A stretch of DNA of 64,000 nt, from the NCBI RefSeq assembly GCF_006345805.1, contig NC_043006.1, positions 25,172,001-25,236,000 on the forward strand. Reading direction: 5' to 3'. The position numbers and the translations under genes were made by a program. How positions within the stretch are numbered: position 1 is the stretch's first letter; the number at the start of each line of letters is the position of its first letter. Source of the DNA: Octopus sinensis (lineage: Eukaryota). A model generated the notes under the pieces. It did not search any database, was not told where the DNA came from, and worked only from the letters and a program-made list of their open reading frames with translations. Positions 38,496 to 50,431 of the stretch are shown one piece after another.

Positions 38496-39704
38496 GAATC
38501 CATTACAGTAAATGGTCAGGACTAGCTTACCATAACAGTACTGCAAACTTATCTGCAAAAAGAAATAACAAAAGTATAAATTGTTAAAAACAGAAAACTG
38601 TGATGTTTTTGGAATTTTCGGTTTTTTCTTTCTTTTTTTTTCTTTTTTTTTTATTATTTTTCATAATGATATATTAACATTTTTTAAAGTATAACATTTT
38701 ATAACCTAATGAATGTTGTGAAAAGATATTTCCTTCTACACCTCCTAATGTTGATTATTTTCCTGTTTTATAAGTATATTAAGGGTATCATTATACTTGG
38801 AAATTTAATGAAGGTTTTTCTATTTTTTATTAGATCTGTACATATGAGTATAAAACTCTTTCCTCATTTATTGAATTCAAAATTGTTTCCATCTTGAAAT
38901 TTTTTTCAACTGTTTTTTTTTCCAATTATATCTCATGTCTAATGTTGCACTCCCTCCCACCAAATGAAGGTTTTCAATTCCAATATCCTGTTCAACATCT
39001 AATGCTAATTCCTTCCTTCACAGATTTCCTTGACTTATTCAATATCTTTCAAATTCCAACTTATTATATAAATAACTTTTCAACATAATTCCACAAAAAT
39101 AAAGTGATTTATTTATTGTAATACAGAACCAAAATAAAATGATAAAATTATATCTTAATCTTTAATTTTAATCTAATGTTAAATACTTAATTGCTAAAGT
39201 GAATGAAAGTTTTACAGTCAATTCTGAAATAACAATGAAGAGTTTCTTTTATTATGTACAAGCAACATTATTATTAGTATTTAAGAATATATGTTAAAAA
39301 ATTTGTTCAACTGCTGGATTAATTAGCTTGAATTAATTTATCAGTAAATTTGTGGGTATGATTATCAAAAGTTATTAATATTAAAATGAGTGCATTTGTT
39401 TGTGTATGTGTGTGTGTGCAAGATAGATAGAGTACAGATAAAAAATTATTTGATAAAACTCAGTGGTCATGCCAGATAACATTTAAAGAACATCTATATT
39501 TCCATCTGTATTTATTCTATTACTGATTACTACCAAAGCACATAAATAATAATTCAGCAGTGATAGGGATTCTGTTGACAGTATATAAATATATCATATA
39601 CATTAAAAATTAATTCAATATTCAAAACTAAATTTTATTCATTTTTTAATAAAAATTAATTTTATATATTTTTTAAATAATTATAAATTTTTATTCTAAT
39701 TTTT

Positions 39705-39885
39705 GGTAGAAAGGCAGTAATTTTGAGGGAAGGGGAAAGTCAATTACATTATCACCAGTGTTCAACTGGTATTTATTTTATCAATTCCAAAAGGACGAAA
39801 GGCAAACCAGCTTCAGCAGCATTTGAACACAGAACTTGAAGCTGGATGAAACGCTACGAACAACTCTGCCTGTTCACCACCTTAT
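39705..39885 (-). mobile_element. SINE family A, decayed
   Basis: caactggtatttattttatcaattccaaaaggacgaaaggcaa is the reverse complement of the central box. Confidence 0.75.
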
Positions 39886-40156
39886 TAATTAAAATGCTGG
39901 TGAATTAGAAAACATAAGTTATACATAGTTGTTTTTCAGTTTTATTTTATTTTAAAATTTATTCTATAAAAACATGCAAGATATCATTCTTGACTATCTA
40001 ATCCAGGCAAGTTACTTGTAAAAACTATTTGGGGGAGATCCTAAATTCCTCATTCTACTTACTTCTGAAGGAACTTAAGAAAAAACTTAAATTAGGTTTA
40101 AACATACTAAAAGACAGTCTAAAAATGCAATCCCTAAATTATTTGCAAGATCTCAG

Positions 40157-41690
40157 GGTTGAAATTGAAAGGGTGCTACCATACAATAATGTTTTAATTA
40201 CTCTTTTTTGATCTTCAGTCTGTTGAAGGTCAATGATACTGGGTTTCAAAAGCACCTACTGTATCCACTGAAAAAGATTTACAACATTCTTAGTCTTAAT
40301 ATAAAAAAAAAAAAAAGAATAGTAGTGAGAGATGAAATACTTTGCAGTGCATAGTTTCATCCTACAACATTCTAATTTCATATTTCACTATGATCAACTT
40401 TGCCTATTACTCTTCTGGGATTGATAAAACCAGAACCAATATAACAACTCATAAAAAAAATGGTTTAGAGCTAAAGTAAGAAACTAAATATATATTAAAG
40501 TAATACAGTAGAATCTAAGGAAATTATAGATGGTCTGTGATGACATATACAAAAATTATTTTGCCTGATAGAAAAAGAGAAGTCTAACATTTCGTACAAA
40601 GCCATTCATCAGGGAGGGAAACATTTGACTTCTCTTCCACACAACAAAATAATGTATTCCACTTTTCAACCTAGCAAGTCTTCGACACCAGGTTGAAGTA
40701 AAACTAGCTTTTTGATGAGCAGTTTTCAACAGGATTTCAATTACTACTTGCTACTTCAGTTTATTTACATTTCCCTCCCACTTTTTAAATATGAAGGTTT
40801 ATTTTAATCAATAATAAAAATCTGGCAACCACCATAAAAATAAAAATGAACCCCTTGAGAGCGGACACTAAGTCTTCATTCACAGATATGATATCACAAA
40901 TACCTTTGTGATATATCTCATTTTTCCTTCACACTATATTAGACACTGTGTATCTGTTGGAAAATATCATCTTCTGCCATAGTTATAAAGCCTAAAGTGC
41001 AGTGAAATTGGGAAGGTGTCAATGAAATATATTTTTGTTATTTATTCATAATAATATTGATATTTGATTATAATAACAATAACAAAATATTCTAACTGTA
41101 TTTTAATATTTTAAACAAAATTCTGCAAGGAAATTGAAAGGCAAAAGAGTGAACTTTAAACTATCAGAAACATATTTTTTATGAACTTGACATACAATAG
41201 AGTGTTGCACGGTATACACAGAACTGAGTATAATATTGTTGAGGGTTGTTAAACAGCTAAAAGTCAATAAAAATGTGTTGAAACACCTACACTTCAACAG
41301 AATTTAAGTTGTATGATACTCAGGATTGAAATTGAAAGAGTGTTACCATACAATAATGTTTTAATTACTCTTTCTTGACATTGAAGTTTTACTTCAATGA
41401 CACTGGGTTTCAAAAGCATCTGCTGTATCTACTGAAAAAGATTTACAACAAACAAATTTAGACTAACAATCTTAAACAAAATATTTCAAAAAAGAACAGA
41501 ATAACATACCAACAGAAACAGTAGTGAGAGATGAACTACTTTGCAATGCTTAGTTTTGTCTTTCTACATTTTAATTTCATATTCCACTATGATCAACTTT
41601 GCCTATTGCCATTCTGTTATTGATAAAACCAGAACTGATATAACAACTAGGTATACTTTCTCTCATAAAAAATGGTTTAGAGCTAAAGTA
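40157..41690. repeat. Old local direct duplication (about 40157-40480 vs about 41321-41690)
   Basis: Long shared blocks, e.g. accatacaataatgttttaattactcttt, actgaaaaagatttacaaca, cactatgatcaactttgcctatt and aaatggtttagagctaaagtaa, with indels. Confidence 0.88.
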
Positions 41691-42434
41691 ACACATAGAA
41701 TCAATAATCAAAACTGAAAATAGGCCAAAACTTTAAAATTGAGATAGTAAAAAAACTTAAATTGCTATAAAGGAGCTTGCTGAACATGCATATATATATA
41801 TATATATATTGTAGTAAATGCCTGTTGAAATAGAAGTGTCATAAAAGAAACAACACCTTTTCTAATGTTTGTTTTTTTATTTATTGTGTAAGAAATAAGC
41901 ATACTTTAAAAGACAAACTAAGAATGATGCCAATGTAGTTTATTATCTACAAAACAGTGGAATATTAGGAAATGGTCAGTGACTCGCAAATAGAAAATGT
42001 TTCCAAAATAGAACGATACTCTTCTTTATGTGGGAGGAAAGAAGTTTGACAGATTTTTCTCTTTTATCACAACAAACTGACATATTTCATTTTATTCACA
42101 AAATGTGAATATTTAGTTAGTATGGGTTACTAATTTTTAGCTAATTAAACTATAGTGAAGGAAATTAAAACTCACACCAAGCCAAGTTCATAAGTTGCTT
42201 CTAACTTTCTGTTAAAACTAATTTCCTCCATTTGCATTATTAATCTATTTTGGTCTTTAATACATTTTCCCTGTAAAACCCCTCTTTCTCCTCATCAATG
42301 TATCCCAGTAACAAATCAATGAGCATTCAAATGCTAACAAATAGTTTCATGTTATCAAGGAAACAAATTCATAGCTGGATGTTATCTTTCAATTTTCTTT
42401 CATTCAGAAGTACACAAGAATTCTATTTCATGAC

Positions 42435-42507
42435 TACTTATTATTATTATTATTATTATTATATTATTATTATTATTATTATTATTATTATCATCATCAT
42501 TATTATT

Positions 42508-42540
<33 letters not shown>

Positions 42541-42565
42541 CTTATTATTAATATTATTATTATAA
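42435..42565. repeat. (TAT)n/(CAT)n microsatellite
   Basis: Directly visible. Confidence 0.96.
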
Positions 42566-42574
42566 TTCGAGTGA

Positions 42575-42782
42575 GGTCGTTGCCAGTATCACTTGACTGG
42601 CCCCCGTGCTGGTGGCACGTAAAAGCACCCACTACACTCTCGGAGTGGTTGGCGTTAGGAAGGGCATCCAGCTGTAGAAACTCTGCCAGATCAAGACTGG
42701 AGCTTGGTGCAGCCATCTGGTTCGCCAGCCCACAGTCAAACCATTCAACCCATGCTAGCATGGAAAGTGGACGTTAAACGTC
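42575..42782 (+). mobile_element. RTE 3' end with a single internal unit
   Basis: ggtggcacgtaaaagcacccactacactctcggagtggttggcgttaggaagggcatccagctg...ggacgttaaacg. Confidence 0.85.
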
Positions 42783-42792
42783 GATTATTATT

Positions 42793-42840
<48 letters not shown>

Positions 42841-43197
42841 GTGCCAGGAGATCAACATAGAATCATGAAAGAAAGAGAAAAGGTTGATAAATATGGAAAC
42901 CTGAGAATTGAGATCACTAACATGTGGCAGCTACGAGAGTCAAACATAAAGGTTATCCCTATTGTCATTGGAGCATTGGGTTCAATACCACCCAATCTGA
43001 AAAAACATCTGAAAACCTTAGAAATACCATACAATCTAAATGTATTGCAAAAGTTGGCATTACCTGGAATTGCATGCATATTGCATAAAGTACTGTCTGT
43101 CTAAGGTCCTTGTTGGGACTTGACAAACAGTACAAACCCCCAGTAGACAATATCTTCAATCAACAACCTCACGATATTGTATACTGTGCAATATCTA
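42841..43197 (+). mobile_element. 5'-truncated R4/Dong element flanked on both sides by (AAT)n
   Basis: PGD..I..KEREKVDKYGNL..KVIPIVIGALGSIP..LQKLAL..KVLSV*; its 3' UTR start aggtccttgttg.gacttgaca is shared with the 4.6-kb copy. Confidence 0.9.
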
Positions 43198-43218
43198 TAA
43201 TAATAATAATAATAATAA

Positions 43219-43410
43219 TGGTTTCAAATCTTGATATAAGGCCAGCAATTTCAGGGAGGGACTAAGTTGATTACATTGATCCCCAGTGTCCAACTTACTT
43301 TATCGACCCCAAAAGGATGAAAGGCAAAGCCAACCTCAGCAGAATTTGAACTCAAAATACCACTAAGCATTCTGCTCAGCATGCTAACAATTTTACCAGC
43401 TCACCATCTT
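43219..43410 (-). mobile_element. SINE family A
   Basis: Reverse-complement match; bounded by (AAT)n-like tracts. Confidence 0.8.
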
Positions 43411-46400
43411 ATTACTACTAATAATAATAATGATATATTTTTATTTACCACATGGACAACAGATAAGGAGATATATTATAGGAACATATTACAAAAACTG
43501 GGTTTTAGTTTGAAATTGAATGAGAAAAATGAAAGTGAAAGCTATGAGAATGTCAGTTTTTGGTTTTGCTTTACATGTTTTTATAATTTTTTTTAATAGA
43601 AGTATCATTTATTTTTGTCGAAACATTTAATATCCTTCACTTGCAATGTCAATATCTGGTGATAAAAATCCATTTTACCCTATGAGTGCCAATTACAGTG
43701 TGAAAGGTTTAGAAGAAATTAAGAGTTTATTTGCTTGGAACATAAGTCAATCTAGCAATCCACTGCTCCCCCTTTTCAGCTATTGAACTCACTTCAACAT
43801 AAATTAAAGACTGTGATCATTTAGGAACCTAATTAAATTTTGAAATATATTTTTATTACTATTTTTTATTCACTTTAAATCTAAATACTATGCAGTACAC
43901 ACATTTAATGTTTTTTTTTGTTGTTTTGTTTTGTTTGTTTTTGTTTTTTCACTCTGGGCCTTTGTCTTTCAAGTTGAAATGGATTTTTTTAAAAGCTTAT
44001 TACTCCTTTGCAACTTATTAAAGAAACCGTGCAATGTCCTTGGCAATCTGTTACCCCAGCTATTAAGTAACTTGATTACAATTTAAAAGAAGAGTGAAAT
44101 ATTTATAACTGTACTAACTTATTAATTTGGGATAGAGAGAAAGATTTTGATCTGTTCAAGTATTTTTAACTTTCTTTTTTTTTACTTAAAAAATAATGAT
44201 CTTTAATAACTTTTTCAAAGATTCAGTTTTCTAACTAAATTATTCAATATATTTTAAAATCTTTCTCAAACACAAAAAAAAAAATTATTTTTTGAAAATT
44301 TCTGCATGCCAAACAACCTTATCTAATAAACAAAGTAGCAAGTGCATTTCTTCCACAAGAAAAATAACAAACACTTAAACCTTTGTTTGGTAAATTGTGT
44401 CTTATGGAATTTATGAACTCACAAATACAGTGAATTTATATAATATTTCTTGCTTGTAATAAAATTTTCACAATGATAATGTTTCAGTTCCAATACTATG
44501 TTGCTGAATATAATGTCACTAGAAGCAATGCGCGTGTGGCCAGGATGAGATGCTTCTAAGTACCTTTGTTATTTTTCTCTTGAACTAATTGTACTAAAAT
44601 TCACTCAATTTAACTTTCATGAATAACCTTTTTAAAAACAAATTATTAACAGTTTTCTATGAATACCTATGCAAAAAGGGAAATTAAAATGTCTTCATCC
44701 ACATCTGTTTAAGTAATCTACATCTACTTGTTATTCTTGTATGTAACTTTCTAAAAGTCCTACAAAACCAACTGAAAGCAAATCTGGGAAGCTGTTATAA
44801 TAATATTGTCTTTATTAAACATATCATTTGGATTCAGCATATATACAAAAGTTACAAGTTTAACCAAAGTGTGTCATTTTTTTTTTCACTACCATTATTT
44901 TTTTTTCACTACTATTATATGGTAATTACACAATTAACAGCTTGTGAAAGTTTCTCTATTTTTATTTTTAAATTCCACTGGCATTTTGATATGAAATTTT
45001 AATGTTATAATTTTTTTAAATCTCATATTCAAGCAGATCTAGGTGAATACGTAAAGGTATTCATGTAGATTCACACAAGGTGCTCATTTATCACTCAGAA
45101 AATCTTTATGTGATAACTGAGCATAACGTGTTTTTTAAAAAATTAATCTAATTAAATTTTGTAATTTAATTTATTTAAATTAATAGCATTAAATTTAATT
45201 TAAAATGAAGAATAAAACTTTGAATTTTTATGACTGACAACTTTAGAAAGGAATGCATGAAGATAATTAGAATTTAATTAAGTGATATTCCCTGTAATAA
45301 TTGTATTGCTAAGTGGTACAGGTGCCTCTAAGTGGCACTGTTTAGCCAGCAGGTATTTGTTCCTAGGGAGTGCAACACAAACTCAGGGACTAAGCTCCTT
45401 ACTTTCTACTTCAAAAAGTAATCATGAAAACAAAGTGAATTCAGAATTGATTGCAATAAAGAACTGCCTACAACAATCTACCTTTGTATTTCTATTTATT
45501 CCAGCAACTAACAACAATTTAGAAGAGTATGTATTTGGTTAAATGTCATGAGGAATGGAGTATATAGTCTAATAACACTGTGTAACACGATTTTTGTCCT
45601 TGGGTAACAACTGATATTTCCTATTTGCTTACCCCTAGAAAAATGGCTAATATTTCCTTCAAGCCCTGATAAATCCCTTTCAACACATGGCTCATCAGAG
45701 ATGCACATAGTGTCAGCCACTAAGGGACCATACTCAAGTGGTTAAGGTCAAGCAACTGACAATCAAATCTGTGGTACTGAGAAGAATATTTGCTACAACA
45801 ATACAACAACTCAACACTGAATTTGTCTGAAATGTAATGAAAAATAGATCAGTTTCAAAACATTGATGTCCAGGTCGTAAAAACAAAGTTTGAAGGGAAT
45901 AATAGTCATTCCCTTTGATTTCTAGATAGAAATAAATAGGAAATAACACTTACTACCAAAAAAGAAAAAAAAAATTTTGTTACACTGTGTAATTTGAGCT
46001 TTGCTCCTTGTCTGAATGAGGAAAGGAAGGAAAAATGTTGTTCCTAGGATTTCAGGGCAAGTAAAAATGTTGACTTGTCACCACCACCACTTTCTCTCTC
46101 TTCTACACACTCAGATAAAGAGCAAGGTTGTAAACATTATGCTCCTTACAGCAATAATATTTATTGAAGTCAATAGACTTCAATAAATACCTGTCGTCAA
46201 CAAACACTAGCACCATTTTCCTCAGGTTCTGGTTTTTGCTCCCACAATTAAGGTCTGTTGTAGTATATATGTGTGTGTGTGTGTGCACCACAACAGACCT
46301 AAATTTATTAAGCTAGATGGAACAAATCTGTCCTAGAAGTGTTTGTTTTGCCTAGCTTGAGGTATACTGTGTTTTTGATGTTTATCCTGGTTGAAGCACC

Positions 46401-46489
46401 ACAGCTTCACAACATTCAAGTATGCACATACATTAAGTATGTAAGTATGTGATATTAATAATACTTACATTATTTAAGTTGCTTCAAAC

Positions 46490-47595
46490 AAAAATTCAAA
46501 TTTTGTTTTCCTTTGTCAGCATTGAGGAGCTCCCAGGGACATCCTGTCTTGAATTCCTCCATTATTGCCTGGAAGACTATGAGAAATAAGAGGGGGCTAA
46601 GGACTGAACCTTGGTGGACTCTTACCTCTACCCGGAATTCTTCACTGTGCTTGTTGCCAACCCTCACCTTACTGACAGCATCCCTGTACATGGCTTGTAC
46701 GGCTCTCAATAACCATTCATCTATCCGTAGTTTCCTCATTGACCACCAGATAAGCCAGTTACAGAGGTTTATCTTTGGCTAGGTATTTTTCCTGCAGCTG
46801 TCTTACCAGAAATATAGCATCAGTGGTGCTTTTCCCTGGCACAAACCCAACTACATCTCATCTAAACTGACTCTCTCCCTAATTAGTTGAGCTATGACCC
46901 TCTCCATGACCTTTATTACCTGATCCAACAACTTGATACCTCTCTAATTATTTGTATCTAAAGCGTCACATTTACCTTTGTAGCAGTTGACTATTATGCT
47001 GCTACACCAGTTATCGGGTATGACTCCTTCGTGTATCGCCTGGTTAACTATACGGGTGACTAGGCTATAGCCAACACTGCCAGATGTTTTGAGCATCTCT
47101 GCAGTGATTCCTGATGAGCCAGGGGCTTTCCCTGTCTTCATACTCTTAATAGCTTTATCTACCAAGGTACTTTCAACTCGGATAGCTGGTCCCTCTGTGG
47201 GGTTGACATTCGGCAGACTCTCTTTCTCCCATTCATTTTCTTTATTGAGCAACTTTTCATAGTGGCGTCTCCAAACCACTCTCTTTGCATCCTCATTTAG
47301 CGCAAGTGAACCATCATCCATGAGAACACATTTCTCTCCTACAACATCATCATTCTCTCTCACACACTGTCTTGCAACACGAAATACCTCAAGTCTTTGG
47401 TCCTCACGGCGCAAAATATTGGCAAATTTTTTCTTATTTGCTTCCCCTCTGGCTAAATAAACTTGTCTCCTAGCTTCCCTTCTTGCAGTCTGATACAATT
47501 CCCTGCTACTACCGTTCTTCCAGGCCTTCCAAGCCTGTTTCTTTTCTCTAATAGCCCTGTCAACAACATTGTTTCACCACCACGTTATTTTGGGT
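46490..47595 (-). mobile_element. RTE-clade LINE ORF2 relic (pre-RT and RT), interrupted at about 46745-46915
   Basis: 184-aa open stretch with KSMKTGKAPGSSGITAEMLK and NCYKGK.DAL; second piece VGN..SEEF.V.V.VHQGSVLSPLLF and CPWELLNAD. Confidence 0.93.
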
Positions 47596-48061
47596 CGAGA
47601 GGAGACGTTGCACCATAGAGGCGACTTTGCACCATTAGGGGACTTTGCACCATTGAGGGGACTTTGAGGTTTGAGCAGATACAGTTGAGGAAGGGAGGGA
47701 AGGAAGGATTTCTTTAACAACAGATAGCCTCCAGCAGTGGTGAAGGTGCAAGGTACACCTTGGCAATATATACATATATATTGTTTTCTTCATCATTTAA
47801 CGTCCATTTTCCATTTTGGCATGGGTTGTGTGTACACACATAAATACAAATATATGCAAGTACACACATATACAAGCACAGCCACATATACATACATACA
47901 TAGAAACCCATAGGACACTTATATACCAATATGTACCCATGCATATATATATATATACCGGAGTAAACACATAAATGTGAAACAAGGTGGAAAAAAGAGT
48001 ACTCAAATACCAGTGGTAGAGTAATATGCTTTATTTTAAGCAGCAGAAAATTCAACAAAAT

Positions 48062-48099
48062 CTGTTACTCTGAGTTTCTCGTTGCCGTTCATCAGACAG
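48062..48099 (-). ncRNA. Mirror copy of the hammerhead motif in the left arm
   Basis: Exact reverse complement of 48573-48610. Confidence 0.8.
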
Positions 48100-48572
48100 T
48101 TTTTGCTAGAATGGAACTGATATATCAATTCAATCTATACTCTTACAAACGCTACACCTTTAAAAAGAAATGGACTTGTTTGATTGGCCCTTTAGAAAAA
48201 ACGGTCAATCTTCGAGCGATAAACAAAAAGGTCAAAGATATATGTATATATATATAAAAACTTATAAAAATTATATATAAAAAATATGTATTGCAGTATT
48301 TATAACAGGTTTAATTTCTATGCATTGATTTGCACTGTCTTCATTAACGTCAATGGTTTTTTCCTCGGATTTTATAATTTTTATAAGTTTTTTATATATA
48401 ATTTTTATAAGTTTTTATATATATATACATATATCTTTGACCTTTTTGTTTATCGCTCGAAGATTGACCGTTTTTTCTAAAGGGCCAATCAAACAAGTCC
48501 ATTTCTTTTTAAAGGTGTAGCGTTTGTAAGAGTATAGATTGAATTGATATATCAGTTCCATTCTAGCAAAAA

Positions 48573-48610
48573 CTGTCTGATGAACGGCAACGAGAAACTC
48601 AGAGTAACAG
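48573..48610 (+). ncRNA. Type I minimal hammerhead-ribozyme motif
   Basis: CUGU-CUGAUGA-A-CG[GCAA]CG-A-GAAA-CUC[A]GAG-UA-ACAG. Helix I CUGU/ACAG (extendable by CAAAA/UUUUG), intact core boxes, palindromic helix III, predicted cut after GUA (48606). Confidence 0.8.
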
Positions 48611-48670
48611 ATTTTGTTGAATTTTCTGCTGCTTAAAATGAAGTATATATATATATATATATCATCAAAT

Positions 48671-48900
48671 AGGCGGTGAGCTGGCAGAAATGTTAGCACG
48701 CCGGGCGAAAAGTGTAGCCGTATTTCGTCTGCCGTTACGTTCTGGGTTCAAATTCCGCCGAGGTCGACTTTGCCTTTCATCCTTTCGGGGTCGATAAATT
48801 AAGTACCAGTTATGCACTGGGGTTGATGTAATCGACTTAATCCGTTTGTCTGTCCTTGTTTGTCCCCTCTGTGTTTAGCCTCTTGTGGGTAGTAAAGAAA
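48671..48900 (+). mobile_element. SINE family A, CpG-rich (young) copy with an alternative 3' tail
   Basis: Intact B-box gggttcaaattcc and central box; tail cttaatccgtttgtctgtcc...gtagtaaagaaa differs from other copies. Confidence 0.9.
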
Positions 48901-49199
48901 TATATATATATCATCAAATACACATACTCAATGTATGTGCTTTACTTGTTCACCAGTGGACATGACTTTCCCAAAGCACCTGAAAGTTATAGTCATAGAC
49001 AGGTGAGACAACTCACCCCAAGTCACCATTTTTGTGGTTCATCAACATCTTGTACCCAGACTGACCAGCCTGTCCATGACTATATGTAAAATGGTGTAAA
49101 AATCATCTGCTAATATGTTACATACATAGGAATAAATTCAAATATGAATTAGAAACTCTGCAAGTATTGTAAATGTTACAACAGGTGTAAACATGCACC

Positions 49200-49640
49200 T
49201 GCACAATCAACAACCCCAACTTTTTACTTCCAAAACTCTACAAGTTGCCGTCTAGGAGGATACAGGCTCTCAAAGGCTACAGAGCCTCCTTTACACTATT
49301 TGATGACATCACAGGGCAATACTCAGGTATGACAGCCAACGATTTCAAGGTAAGGTACATGCACTTGCTCAGATGCAGGGATAGAGAGAATTCAACTTTG
49401 TCTCACTTCCTCTTGAGACTCTGTGATCTTCAGAATGAAACACCCCGTATTGAATGGACCATAGTCAATAGGGTGCCCCCCCCCTAACCACCTGGTGCCT
49501 GAAATTGCCAGCTCTGCCTCTGTGAATGGCTGCACATCCTCCATTGACCAGCAGTATCTCTTAGCAGGAAATATTAACTATCCTATTGCTTCCACCAGAG
49601 GTATGCCCCACCCAGGTGAACTTCAACCCATTGACTACCT
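49200..49640 (+). mobile_element. Penelope-like GIY-YIG endonuclease relic
   Basis: QYSGMTANDFKVRY.H...R...NSTLS....IEWTIVNRVPP, then CQLCLCE in another frame. Confidence 0.7.
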
Positions 49641-50431
49641 ACAATCCAGACATTCCACCTTAACATCACCTGCTGCTCATCGCTGATTGCTCCACAACCA
49701 AAGACAGAATTACCAACCACCAATAGCCTGTGCAGATTGACCCTACCACCACAGACGCCTAACTTCGAAAGTAACACATAAATACACACACACACAAGCA
49801 TCTATGTGCATACACACCCACAAACGCCCACACACACATTCACACGTGCACATATGTAAGCACATACATGCACCCACAACACACACATACACACACACAC
49901 ATGCAGCCCACACACTCATGTGCATACATACACTTACATGACAGCCATATACTTAAATAACACATCTTCCACATCAGTATATGTCTATCACACCCACATA
50001 CATAAATAACCGAAGCATATATACGCATGCTCACACACACACACACACACACACACATGTGCACAATGTGCTCTCACATGCATACACACACACACATGCG
50101 GCTTCATGACGATCATTGCCGGAATCTTCCTACTCAACGCTTTCAAAGACATGAACATCAGCCTCAGTAATTTACCAAGCTCAAAGAAGGTCGACTACAA
50201 TCCGGCACTCAATCATCTCAACAACGACACCAAGCTGATCTCCATCAAACACGATGACTGTCAGAACTTGCTTCTGTCACACTCCAGCGACATCAACTAC
50301 AACTATTAGATGAGTTGTAGTGCACCTGAGCACTGTACACAATGTTTTTATCATTATTATTATTATACGTACATGTTACTACACTAGCATACATTATGTC
50401 AGGACACAAATAACACTAGAAAAATCATATA

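Larger units (their letters stand above)
48033..48639. repeat. Apparently perfect inverted repeat, 252-bp arms (48033-48284 / 48388-48639), 103-bp spacer; Penelope pLTR-like
   Basis: Positions i and 96672-i were complementary at every position compared; each arm carries a hammerhead motif. Confidence 0.95.
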
